A DNA stretch of 63,995 nt, the filler included, from Piedraia hortae CBS 480.64 (taxonomy: Eukaryota), in NCBI GenBank assembly GCA_010093745.1. It is 14 parts of 13 records of this genome, joined end to end, with 100 filler letters (N's around TTAATTAATTAA, not from the genome) between each part and the next. Parts side by side here need not be neighbours in the genome. Positions count along the whole stretch, not along the records: positions 1 to 18,746 come from MU005963.1; positions 18,847 to 23,038 come from MU005970.1; positions 23,139 to 34,965 come from MU005982.1; 11 more parts are not named here. One strand, written 5' to 3'. Made by a program: the position numbers and the translations under genes. Below the pieces are notes generated by a model. That model saw nothing but the letters and a program-made list of their open reading frames with translations. It searched no databases and was not told the origin of the DNA. Shown here piece after piece: positions 12,885 through 24,565 of the stretch. The stretch's first letter is position 1; every line of letters starts with the position of its first letter.

Positions 12885-15800
12885 TTAAACACCTCTAAAC
12901 AGCCTGGTGACCAGAAACCAGCAAGCCCCAATGAATCTGATAGCCGCAAGAACGGCTACAGAGTACAGCACCACTGCCATGTAGATCGTGGCCTTTTTAT
13001 TATCCACATCTTTCTCCGTATCCCTCCTTGTATTGCTCGCTGCAGAGCCAGAATTGGCGGCGGCAGCGGCAGTAAAATTATCGATTCCACCCGCACTGAG
13101 TACGACAGCAGCAAGCGCAAGATTACAAAACATCCAAGCCAACACAACAGCCGATCGAAAACCACGGTAGTAGTCTTCGTGTTTTAGTTGTTCGGACACG
13201 ACCTTCTCTGGGGGCTGCCATTTGACGCTGAAGGTGCGCAGTTCGGATTCGTACTGCGTGTTAAGGTCCGCATCGTCTGTGGGGATTGCAACGTCGACTT
13301 TGCCGTCCGACTTGACATTAGCGGCGGGCAGTTTCTCTGGCTTGTCGTCACCCTTTGTGCCCCATGTGATGTCATGCGTGTTGCAGAAAGCATAGACGTT
13401 GAGAATGTTCAGGTATGTGGGCGTAAGAAGGAGGTATTGAATGAATGAGGTAAACATATGCCAGGGGTCCAGGAAGAGAATGGAGCTGACGAGATATAAA
13501 AGCCAGGTTGATGCCATGCTTACTATCAGCGTGAAGAAGAGCCGATTGGTGAAGAGCATGGCAAAGCTAAATCCTTTGTTGTGGACCTGCTGCTCCACAG
13601 ATTTGACTGTAATGAAGATGGAGGCGAAGAGAAGGTAGGCCATCAAGATGGCCCAAAAGTATACTTGGGTCAGGTAGAACTTGTTGCTGCCTTGTGGTCG
13701 GTTGCCGAGTGCAAGCACAAAACAGGTCACTAACGTTGCAAGGTACAGCCATTCGAACACGACGCCGAGTATCAATCCTGCTGTGCCCAGCAAGTCCTTA
13801 CCAGACAGCGAATTGGTTAGAATCTTGAATACGAGGAAGAAATTGCCCTATCGTCGTCAGCGATCCCCAAAGGTTAAAGCAACAGCACTTACAATAGCAA
13901 ACCATGCAAATAGCATGTTGACTGCCTGGTATAAGAATTCAATGTAAAACATAAACGTTCGTAAGGCCGAGTGAGAAGAGCGATGGATCTGGTAGAAATG
14001 TGCCAAGGCGTATACGGCCGCAAAGAAGGAGCCATTGAGCCACCGTCTTCGCTGCATGATAAAATCGGCCATTTCTGTTGGCACATCAGTCTCACCAGAG
14101 GCAGACTTTACATACTGCAGGATCCACGAGCAGTTTCGCTTTGCGACCAGCTCAAAACATAGGATCCTGTCTTCAGCGAGGTACATGTTCGCCGTGAAGA
14201 TACCCGCATTGGCGCCATGCATCTTTTCGCCAGCAAAATACTTCTCCAGCGGGCCCTGACCGTTCTTGTCATTCTGCAAAGCCACAAATCGGTAGGCAGA
14301 AAACGCGCCGGGAAGCACGGTAATGAACCCAAAAGCGCTCTCAAGTGGTTTATCCAAGATGTTGCTCATTTTGTACTCAAAGTTTTGAGCAGCTACAAGA
14401 GGGTTCAAGAGATTCTTTCCACGTTCAAGCATGGCTTTGATCTCACCACAGGCACCAGCGCACATCGGCTCCCTATCGAAAGCCTTCCAGAGATCGTAGA
14501 TGGACGTGCGACCTGGACGCGTGCCTGCATCGATCAGAACACAGATATTTGGATTCAGCACTTCGCCAAAGGCCTGGAAGAACCAGCGGTGAGAGTTGAT
14601 TTTCTTCTGGTTCTTTTCCTTGAGGCAGAAGAGCATCTGCACCGGAGTGGTGCCCTTCTTGAGGCCTACGACGCCCTTTTTTATTTCAAGGTTCATCTGA
14701 GTTGTGTATTCGTAGATATGAGCGGTCACGTCCTCACCGTTAACCTGCTGCTTGGCTATGCCGTCCTGGTACACGCCCAGACCGGCCAAAACAGCGCGAG
14801 TGCGCGGATTGATCTTGGCACGACCGTCACTAACTACGCACACTACGATTTTCTTCCAGGCATCCTTGCCCCACGTCTTGCTGCTAGTGCGGGAGTTCAT
14901 GTATTCAATATTCTTGATGACACCGATCATTGTGCGCGCAAAAAGCTCGTCCTCTTCGTTGTACATGGTGATGACGATGAAGAGTTCCGTATGCCGCGTC
15001 TTGGCAAACAGCTGCTGACGGAGAGTGAAGCGTTTCTTGTAGAATTCGGAAGGATCACAGGTGGCAGCGCTGTAGCGCATATGGGTAAACTCATCGCGCT
15101 CAGGTGGTTGCGCGTGCGGTACCTGGTTCAGCAGCCGCGGCGGAATTGGGCAGTCGAGCACCAGATTTCCATTGTACAGCTGCACCTCCTTGACCGTCTT
15201 CCACCGCCGAATGGGCGCTGTGGCCGGCCGTTGCTGCGCGGCCCCGTAGCCGGCTTCCACGTCCTCATCGAGGCTGTGAGGATCAGGCCCGTAGGCAGTG
15301 TCAGGGTTCAGCACGGGACGGTGGTCGGCCTCGTCCTGGTAGTAGGGGTGTTGTGGCTCATCGTAGGCGTAGTCGTGGCGCTCGCTACCGCCGTAGGCGT
15401 CGGGTAGTGGCAGCGAATACTCGCCCGTGCCGCTGTGTGCGGCCTGCTGGAACGGATTTGGCGTGTATTGGTGCGCGTGGGCATCTTCGTAGGCGTCGTT
15501 GTGGCCGTGCGACTGCGGCAGGTTGGCGACCGAATACGTTGGCTGCGGCAGCAGACGATCGTGCGGGCCCAGCAGCGCTGGATGGTCACCGTATGGGCCC
15601 GGCCCCACGGGAATTTCTAGCGGCTCATCGTGCGCGAACGGCCGGTCTTCCAGCTGGTAGGCTGGAGAGTGCGCGCGCGGGTCCATGAAGGGATTCTGCG
15701 GATTTTCCTCGTCCTCGGCGTAGCGGCCGTAGCGGCCTTATGAATCTCAGCCAATGATCGCCAGTGCATGTGTCAGCTTACCTAGCGGATTGTAACTCAT
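12885..15800 (-). CDS. CHS: Chitin synthase, division 1 (class I-like)
   Basis: [54 protein letters not shown]-terminal TM helices. Short first exon MSYNPLG at 15800 with intron about 15737-15781; second intron about 13849-13892. Confidence 0.96.
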
Positions 15801-17091
15801 ATTCAGTTGTTCGTCGTCATCAAACGTGTTGTTGTTATGGCAGTTTCAGCTTTGTTTACGCAGCCCGTGGCTGTGCGGCAACGGTTGCGGGGCAGTACCC
15901 CTCGACCGTTAATCGTCTTAATCAATTGTGTAAATCAAAGGGATTGTCATGCTGCGGAATGTGTTTGACATTGATCATACTCTTGTGATACCATATGACG
16001 GCGATGACTATCAATTGCGTATATAACTTCCCGTACGTTCCCAAAGGTCTTGTCGCTGCAGCCTGACTATTTAGGGTTGCTCCCGCATGGAAACGGCTTT
16101 ATAAATAAAAAAGCTGGTCTCATTGGCCGACCGAAGGGCCTCTGCTAAACCCGAGCGGGTTAGCGTGGCAGTCGTTCCAATCCCACAGTGAAGGCAGACG
16201 AGCAAGTGCATGGTAAAGAAATCCTCTACCTGCCGCTTCCTTGGGTGGGGCGCAAGTCAGAGGAGCCATCAAGCCCAACCAATTTGCAGTGAAAATTGAC
16301 CGGCCTTGATGAATTGAATTTGGATAGCAGGCGAAGGGGTTGTGGTCGGATTCGTTATCAATTGCCTTAAGATAGCAAATATTTCAGAAAGGTATGCAGT
16401 TGTTCAGACTGTTGCTCACATCACTGGGTAACCCTAGGGTTCTGCAAAGTGTCAGTTGATCTTGCCAAGGATCACAGACGTTGACTCACTTCTTCCCCAA
16501 CTCAGTAGCACAGCAACCGCAGAGTAGAGCTGCAGGCCAGCAAAAGATCTGGCACAGCGAGTGTTAAGAATGTGGGTACATGTACATTGGGACTCGCTTT
16601 ACCGCCATAACAACCAAGAGCACGAAGCCGAGCGTTGGTCCGACGATCTTAAGGTGACATGGGTTCTGATCTGGATGCACACACGACTCAGTAACTGGGG
16701 ACGGCACGCGTGGACATGACTCGAACTTACTCGTGCCACATTGGATGCACACCGGCATCGGCAGGAAGTCGCAGTCTGCCATTCTTTGAATGTGGAAACG
16801 ATTGTGTTGGGTGAGCGCGCTGATGACGAGTTGGCGTTCCGAAATCCAGTGGCGTCCAAGATTCAGGCCGTTCTCGCCACACCGCGAACGCGCAACGAGA
16901 TTACGTGTGCGGATAGTCACTGCACATAGTCGGCCGGCGCGTCAGCCCGTGGTGAGCATGCATCACATAGCCGACATTATGTAGGCTGTGATGACGCATT
17001 CCCTCTGGTAGACTCACCACGCCACAAGGGTGTACAAGGTGAGACCTGATAGTTATATAAGTGGCTGCTTTCGTTCTCCTATTTCATCACA

Positions 17092-17922
17092 ATGAACTCA
17101 CCCTTTGAACTCCGTTCTGCATCTCCTCGCACTGGAGCCTTTCCAGTGCACATCTATCCAGGACCCCGTCCTCACGGCCCTCCTCCATCACCTCCTCTTG
17201 GCCCTTCTCCATCACCTCCTCCCGGCCGAGAGCATCACAAGGGTCATCATGGCCATGAGCATCACCATTACGATAAGTCTGACAGAAGTGAGTCAGGTTT
17301 GACCTTTGGGCTACCTTCACACCAATCGCATTGTCAGCGCCCTCGACCAAAGCCTCAGCATAAGCGCAGCATGAAGACCCACCGCCACCACGCTCGTCCT
17401 TTCCCAGGTCCCCAGTTTACATCGGGGCCTGGCTCTTGGAACAACCATCCAGCATTTGGTCCACGTCATGGTCGCCGCGGGTCATTCCACCATTACCCTG
17501 TCACTTCTGATTCCTGGGAGCCTCACCACCGCGGTCCCAGCTTTTACCCTTCAGTCGACCTATTCGAATCGCCAGATTCCTTTCAAGTCTATGCCCACCT
17601 ACCGGGTGCCCAGAAGGAAAACATAAACGTCACATGGTGCGATGACGACAGGGGAAACCTGTCCATCTCGGGGACAGTATCTTTGCCTGGTAAACATGAC
17701 CCAATTGACTGTCAGGGAGCCTCTATGCGTCCTATATCCATTGAGAGTGCACACGGCCGGTTCCACCGCGAGATCTTCCTTTGCGGCCACTCGAGGGGAA
17801 GCTCTCCTCAGATCGACGCAGCTGGCATCACAGCTAAACTTGAGGACGGTATTCTGGCTATTGAGGTTCCAAAAATCAAGGGAGGTGATGATGCAAGGGT
17901 CATAAAGGTTGAGATCAAGTAG
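17092..17922 (+). CDS. Small heat-shock protein (Hsp20/alpha-crystallin) with long Pro/His-rich N-terminus
   Basis: PSVDLFESPDSFQVYAHLPG...GRFHREI...AKLEDGILAIEVPK...VIKVEI. TATATAA at about 17054. Confidence 0.9.
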   Translation: MNSPFELRSASPRTGAFPVHIYPGPRPHGPPPSPPLGPSPSPPPGREHHKGHHGHEHHHYDKSDRSESGLTFGLPSHQSHCQRPRPKPQHKRSMKTHRHHARPFPGPQFTSGPGSWNNHPAFGPRHGRRGSFHHYPVTSDSWEPHHRGPSFYPSVDLFESPDSFQVYAHLPGAQKENINVTWCDDDRGNLSISGTVSLPGKHDPIDCQGASMRPISIESAHGRFHREIFLCGHSRGSSPQIDAAGITAKLEDGILAIEVPKIKGGDDARVIKVEIK

Positions 17923-18653
17923 TTCAATAGTGTGATTAAAATACATATCTTTGATGAGACATCATCAACAAATGTGTCAGGGAAGCAATTCTCTCATCTT
18001 CTCAACGTTCGTCATATTGATGGTTGCCCTGGTGCTTACAAGATGTTTGGGAGAAGTTAGTGCCCAAATCTGACTCTAGGGTATCTCACCAAAGCTGTTG
18101 GGTATCGATGAGGATATCGCAGCTTACCCCGCCTGCGGGGCCACACAGCCACAAGAATAATTTATTGCGCGTGAACAGAAAAGCAGAATATCATAGTTTA
18201 TCCTCATCTGAGAGTAGAAACTATACGTAGTGCTCAGTGTTTAATCCGAAGCGTTCAAATATAGGCAGAGCGCTGTAGTTCTCCCGCAGATTGAGGTAGC
18301 ACCCCAATATCGTAGTGGAATTAAATTGGGCACCCATTCACATATGAGGAAGTTGCAGCTTACGCTCAAGGCTGAGCTTACCCCAGACTATCGAGGCTGT
18401 GAAGGCCGCCCGTAAAATGGTCTGCTTGCTCTGCTCCATCCACTTGAGCCTTATCACGCAATTCCAAAGCCTAACAGCTCTGATGTCGGGCAGCCTTGGC
18501 TGAAGCACTACCCCAGTCACCAGTGTCTAAAGATCTCCGGAATCCACACCAGCTGCAGGAAATGATCCTGACCTAAGTCGAACCTAATCAGACGCTTGCA
18601 AGAGGAGTTACATAGGGCACCGGACTTCCCAGAGTTTTAACGTCACTGAATAG

Positions 18654-18746
18654 TGTTGTGAATATGCGGTATATTACGCGCATTATTAGTAACCGTCGCT
18701 CGGCTCTCGACTTCACGCGTCAACTAGTTTTCCGTAGAGATTTGTA
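18654..18746 (+). repeat. Partial Copia LTR at contig end
   Basis: TGTTGTGAATATGCGG... matches LTR consensus, cut by the linker. Confidence 0.95.
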
Positions 18747-18846
18747 NNNNNNNNNNNNNNNNNNNNNNNNNNNNNNNNNNNNNNNNNNNNTTAATTAATT
18801 AANNNNNNNNNNNNNNNNNNNNNNNNNNNNNNNNNNNNNNNNNNNN
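18747..18846. other. Artificial contig linker (N-run + TTAATTAATTAA + N-run); 13 in total
   Basis: Same 100-bp spacer with stops in all six frames at 18747, 23039, 34966, 36356, 37575, 39518, 49076, 50204, 54887, 57207, 58392, 60739 and 62237. Sequences either side are not contiguous. Confidence 0.98.
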
Positions 18847-19197
18847 CGAGCCCGAACCGCTGGGATGTCGTGAAAGACATGTCCGACCAAGGTCTTGTCT
18901 GTTGCCAGGCTCAGAGCGCCCTGCAAGTCAGCGTTCCATGCCTCGAATGGCGTTCCAGCCTTGAGAATGACAGCTCTTTTTCTTTCGTAGCTCATGGTCT
19001 CTGGAAGCTCCGCTTTCGCTTCGAGACTCAATTTGAATAGCGCTTGTTAGCGGTAGAGCCCGGGCTCATAACCTATTATAATTGTGAGCAGATGTGTACC
19101 TGCATACAAATCTCTACGGAAAACTAGTTGACGCGTGAAGTCGAGAGCCGAGCGACGGTTACTAATAATGCGCGTAATATACCGCATATTCACAACA
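18847..19197 (-). mobile_element. 5' end of Copia/Ty5-type LTR retrotransposon: LTR 19074-19197, PBS 19062-19073, start of gag-like ORF
   Basis: LTR TGTTG...TAATA immediately followed by GGTTATGAGCCC (complement of the tRNAiMet anticodon arm), then ORF MSYERKRAVILKAG... Same internal sequence at 39618-39752. Confidence 0.9.
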
Positions 19198-20110
19198 AAG
19201 GTCCGCCTAATCACCGAGGTCTGGGAAGAGGCAATTGCGGCCAGTACAGCCCACACGACCCAAATGCTGGCGTGGGAGCATATGGGAAGGCTATTCAGGC
19301 AGGGAAAGCAGAAGGCCGTGAACGCGGCCAAGGTATGGCTTGTTTACCCATTGCAAACAATACCATAGAAGTCTTCCCCACTGTGTGCACATCCCCACTG
19401 CGTGCACACTTTTGATCACCGCTTCAAACTTGAATAACATCTCACACAACCATGGTACACAGCTATAGGTTGGCTTTTTCGAAAGCACATGTTCTAGGGA
19501 TTCGTACGGTTCAGGTTTTGTATGTTCATGCTCCCTTCCGCGATCGCTATACTGCGATTCATTTCAAATGGCACCCTTGCAGAGATAACGCCAGTACAGC
19601 ACCAGCTAACATCTTTTACATACTTTGTGCTCATAAACGTACTATCTGAGGTCTCGCGTCTCTAGTGCACTTTGTCTCAGGCATGCGCGAGGTCGGGTCG
19701 CTGTGTTCTGTCCGTTCAAAGTTGGCGCGTCGAATGTGCGACATCGTTTTCAGCTTTGAATCGACCTAACACAACGTATAATTGCCGCAAACAGTCGTGA
19801 GCAATCTCATACGGTAGCTTGCATTGTATAGACTCGAATGGTATGCAATTTGCATGTTAATGTCCTGTTTTGCTTGTTATCTAGTCAGGTTTGTTTCGAT
19901 CGTTAATGGCCCTAGAAACCCGCAAGATTTCGAGCAATAGCCCTGTGAATACTAACATGAAAAGCAGTTGAATATAGATTTAAAGGTATGGACTTTTGTC
20001 TAAATCAATCATCAAGTGTTTGAGACGGTCAGGTGTCGCGCTACATCGCTCGTTCAACGACACGCCAACTCGACGTTCAATTGCTTGTGTACTACACGGA
20101 TAGGAATACA

Positions 20111-21837
20111 TCAATACTGCCTACTTACTGATACAAAGCTAGCTATTCTTACCGATCGTCTGCCTTGCGGATCTCCTGGGTTGCCACTCCTCAACGTAGT
20201 CGTCGTCGTCATCGTCATCGTCCTTGCGCTGGGCGGCAGCTTTCCTCGCTGCGACTGCGGCCTTCTTCCGTGCCTTTGCTGCCATACGGGCGTCTTTAGC
20301 GGCTTGTCGCTCCTGTCGCTTCCGTAACGTCTCCGCAGCCTTCGACGCCTTGGCCTCCTCCCTTTCACGCGCCCTCTGCGCTTTCTCTTGTTCCTCCCGC
20401 TCCTTCGCATCTGCCTGCTGCTACTCCAACTCCCGAGCCTTCTGAAGGACCCCAGTGTCAACAAATATCGCCCCTCCATACCCTTCCATACCCCTAACCT
20501 GCTCCACTAACCTGGACTTGCGCTTCCTCTTCCTCCGCTCCAGTGCCAAAGATTTCTCAAGATTAGAGCATCCATACTCCGCCAGCGTCAATCTCGCGGC
20601 TGTGTTCAGAGCAATTTGGCTCAGTTCCTGTAGCACCTTCCGAGTTTCAGGACCTGCCCTTCGGGAGACCATTCCCACTTTCAAGCGTAGTTGTCTTGTG
20701 GACGTGCCTAGCTCTGCACTGCTCTGGACCGCCACAGGTTAGGCAGCAGGCAGCTTGCTTAGGACCAATTCTGGATCGAAGGGGAAGATGCCCGTTTTCC
20801 TCCATGCCGACAGTACATTCTCCTTGGTGAAGGCCTTCTCAAAGGCAGGCCAAAAGATACCAAAGAAACTCCTCTTCGTCATCGTTGTTTGCCCCAGCGA
20901 CATATTTGTGAAGCTATTCAACCTCTGGCTGTAGTTGTTCCCCAGAGGGAAGAACAAACCCACATCCAGGGGCTGAAGACGGTGGGTTGCGTGGGGGGGG
21001 ATAAAAAGCCACCAGAATCTTGTGGGCGATGTAATACTGCAGAAACTTGAGATTAAGGTGCGACCCGTGGCTGTCCACGAACAGCAACAGCCACCTACGC
21101 CTGGCTCGGCCACTCGTCGCCTTGTCAAAAATATGGACGAGCCAGTGGCAACCTAGCTCGTCGTTTGTCCAACCGTTCTTCCTCGCCGCAGAGTACGCCG
21201 TATGCTTGCCGGCGTCTACCTCTTCCACTCAACTGTCTTGGAGGGTGCCCGAGGCCGAAGCATAGATGACAGCCGGCGGCAGCGTGCTGCCGTCTCCGCA
21301 AGTGGTGGCCATAACAGTAACCCACTCACGGTTACCATCCTGGCCCTTGCCAATGGGAAACCCCTTTTCATCCATGTTGTACACGTTCTCCGGTTGGATT
21401 TCTAGCTCCTGAATCTTCTTCTCCAGCACCTCGAAGTAGGCCCGGTAGCTCTCGCGAGAGCCGGCTTTATGACGCAAGAGGTCAATATCATTTAGGTACC
21501 GACAATCAAGGTTCTTCCGGTTTCTTTCCACAAACCGACCGGGCCAGTTTTTTCCAAGATCTTGCTGGCAGATGCTTTGCGCCAGCTTCAGCACGATGGC
21601 TGGCGAGGGAGGCAAGCACCAATCACACATGAAGCTGATGTACTTGATCAGCTCCTTCTCTTGCTCCTGTGACAGGCTCCTGCGCGCCTTCAATGCGGCG
21701 TCTCGATTCACCCTAAGGCCCTGGAACCGTTTGTACGAAATTGTACGATTGACCAGATGCTTTTTAGCGGTAGCCGCGAAATTTGGCTTGGTGCCATTCT
21801 CGACCAGAGCATGCAGTTCGCTAATGGCAGCGTCCAT
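20111..21837 (-). mobile_element. Pogo/Fot1-like (Tc1-mariner) transposase, frameshifted
   Basis: HTH/CENP-B-like N-terminus, NVYNMDEKGF, REWVTV, NGWTNDELG, LLFVDSHGSH, PPHATHRLQPLDVGLF split over several frames. Confidence 0.92.
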
Positions 21838-22216
21838 GATGATAAGAGATGGGAAGCGGTATGAACGAGAATGCGGAGTGGGAAAAGAAGAACAGACCGT
21901 CTATACAGAACATGGACCGGCGGGAATGGCTTTATATGAACATCTACATGTATATACGCGTCCTGGCAACCTTATTCTCTGTTACAGATATAGTTGTTTG
22001 TATGACAAACCTGGAATAGGCAATTTATCCTGTCCCAATGTTATGGTCACTCTGGACGCGTCTAATGCTAGTGGTTTAGGAGTTGCCATTCCACCAACTG
22101 CCTTCCGCAGGACTCTAGAGGCACAAAAGTAGCAGGTTTGACGTATTTGAACTGCCTACAGTGTCGGAGAGACGAGAGTCATCCATGTAGCGCACAAGCG
22201 GTTGGACGTGGGGGAG

Positions 22217-22340
22217 TATTGTAATTGTGAGTAGATATGTACCTGCATACAAATCTCTACGGAAAACTAGTTGACGTGTGAAGTCGAGAGCTGAGCGCCG
22301 GTTACTAATAATGCGTGTAATATACCGCATATTCACAACA
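22217..22340 (-). mobile_element. Solo Copia LTR with perfect 5-bp target-site duplication GGGAG
   Basis: 124 bp, GGGAG at 22212-22216 and 22341-22345; 7 differences from the young copies. Confidence 0.93.
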
Positions 22341-22669
22341 GGGAGCCGCCTCGAAATCGCTCAAACTTGCCGATTTTCGAGCGATGTAGCGCGACACTCG
22401 AACGTCTCCAACACTAGCTGATTGATTGAGGCAGAAGAACATGCCTTGAGGATCATGTCCCACCGGTTTTTACGTAGATTTCCGTAAGCTTATGGCCCAA
22501 TTTTTCGCGAGTTTCGGAGACCATTTCGCGCATGATCAAACCTCGCAAAATGGCACAATGAAAAACGGATTCAATCGAGCAGCAGGGCACACTTCTCTGC
22601 ATCGGCCCACCAAGACACTTGCATGGTGGCATCGATTGACATGGGTATGTACATCTTCAACAAGTACTA

Positions 22670-22830
22670 TGCCATGGCAAAAGCACGGCGAGTTTGCCGA
22701 AAACCATCAAAGGTTCAACCACCACCACGCCGAGCTCCACTGCTCCTGGGGCTCCCGCAACAGCGAGCGAGAATGCCTTCTATGCAGCAGCGCTGTTGCT
22801 GCATCCCTCCCTCAGGGCTGCATACGTGAA
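22670..22830 (+). mobile_element. LINE (Tad1-like) C-terminal fragment
   Basis: KHGEFAENHQRFNHHHAELHCSWG, homologous to 61868-62128 (KHGNFAEYHQRFNHHDAELHCSC). Confidence 0.65.
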
Positions 22831-23138
22831 ACAAAATTGGCCGGAGGACTAGATTGCGCGTGCGATAGAAGGAAGCACTAAGCTTTGGGAGGACGAGCAT
22901 CGCGGTGCCTTGGAAACACCTATTGATTATCTGAGCAACATGGAGCTACAGATGACCCTCCATTGCGAATTTACCAAGGTATCAGAGGTTGACTACCAGT
23001 CCCTGACCTCTGATTCAAACAACGAGGTTATCAAAAGGNNNNNNNNNNNNNNNNNNNNNNNNNNNNNNNNNNNNNNNNNNNNTTAATTAATTAANNNNNN
23101 NNNNNNNNNNNNNNNNNNNNNNNNNNNNNNNNNNNNNN

Positions 23139-23230
23139 ACAAATCTCTACGGAAAACTAGTTGACGCGTGAAGTCGAGAGCCGAGCGACGGTTACTAATA
23201 ATGCGCGTAATATACCGCATATTCACAACA
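23139..23230 (-). repeat. Partial Copia LTR at contig start
   Basis: Matches LTR consensus, ends ...CACAACA. Confidence 0.95.
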
Positions 23231-23613
23231 CCCTTCCAAGATACACAGGGGTATTTTCGCTGTTGGGGCTTTTGGTGTGCTAGTTCCAACATTTTTCCAT
23301 CAACAATGTCGAACAAGATATTCCGGAGTATAGATACTTCAGTTGGAATGTCTGCGTGTTTCAATTTGCGTTTCAAATGACATCGGAAGAAGCGAGGAGT
23401 CCTCTGTTTTATATTCCTTGACCCCTCTTCCATCTCCTCAGACAGGAACTCTCGCTCTTTTCGTTTCGCGTATCCTTGCGTTCTCTCTACAACAGCTTCC
23501 GTGGCGAAGTGTTTATGGACCAAATCTTCATCCGATGTCTGGGCGTCAAGCGACATGATCAAAGATGTTTTGAAACAAGTCTGCGTGCGGAAGTTCAATG
23601 AGGTGAAAGTGGT

Positions 23614-23666
23614 GAAAAGGGAAAAGGGAAAAGGGAAAAGGGAAAAGGGAAAAGGGAAAAGGGAAA
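23614..23666 (+). repeat. (GAAAAGG)7.5 polypurine microsatellite
   Basis: Seven perfect heptamer units plus GAAA. Confidence 0.95.
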
Positions 23667-24027
23667 GAGAGTGGCATGCCAAATAAGCCCCATGGCGAAT
23701 CTGCCCCGCTGCGATTTGACAGGTGCAGAAAGCGGGAACAGCTGGTCGTGTACAAAGTAGAAGTAATCAGGGCATCGTCGAGGGCCGAAGGCGACAAGAG
23801 GTGAAGTTATGTTGAAAGGGGCTGACTGTTCACAGAGCGACGACATTTCTAACGGCAATGCTACGACGAGCATCTCTGTTAAGACAGCCCCAGAGAAGCA
23901 CCTCCACAACCCCTTTTAGCTCTTGCTCACTAGGCATCCTCCAACGGTATCCCCGTCTTCTACACGACTAGCCCACTTAACGACGCTTGGATCTGCAAGA
24001 TGCCTCGGGTTGGCTTAGTATTACACA

Positions 24028-24435
24028 CTACTTCTTCCTAATATCCTCGATGCCATCGTTTCTTGTAAACTTCTCCCACTCATCTCCTTTTGGCTTCTCC
24101 GCCTGTGCACTTCCGCCGCCCGCATACAGCATGTGCCCTTTCTCACCCTCAAGCTCTTTGGATGTGGATCCGATGGGTTTATTCCCCCTAAATCGCTTCC
24201 TCATATCAATCTGCCCCCTCTTACATTCCGCATAACCTCTCTTTAGTTGCAGACATTCGGTCGGTAGGGACTCGACAAGCGGCGGTTTGAGACAATCGGC
24301 GGGTGTGTTGCGCTCAATCAGGACACATGGGGAGTACTGCAGGCATTTTGCCAATGCATCGCCTGTGCACAAGAGTCAGACAAGCCAAGCGAAGCCTTGA
24401 TTTAACCCACGAATATCTTGGCAGGACGATGGCAT
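24028..24435 (-). CDS. PET191: Cytochrome c oxidase assembly factor Pet191/COA5, one intron
   Basis: MPSSCQDIR|DALAKCLQYSPCV...C...PTECLQLKRGYAECKRGQIDMRKRFRGN, twin-Cx9C pattern. Confidence 0.92.
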
Positions 24436-24565
24436 GAGATGAAGTGGCTCGACCGGAAGCGGGCGGGGCGCTAGGGCTGAACCGGTGCGGACCGCTCCGT
24501 AACAGTGATCTACAACATCACATGTCACAACGACGAGGTGACAGATTGATAGACGACGGCCCTCC

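Noticed and set aside
14217..15407. 396-aa + strand ORF
   Set aside because: Antisense shadow of chitin synthase.
18791..18802. TTAATTAATTAA palindrome and ORFs running into N-runs
   Set aside because: Artificial linker.
23083..23682. 199-aa ORF with FPFSLFP repeats
   Set aside because: Made of a microsatellite, degenerate sequence and LTR.
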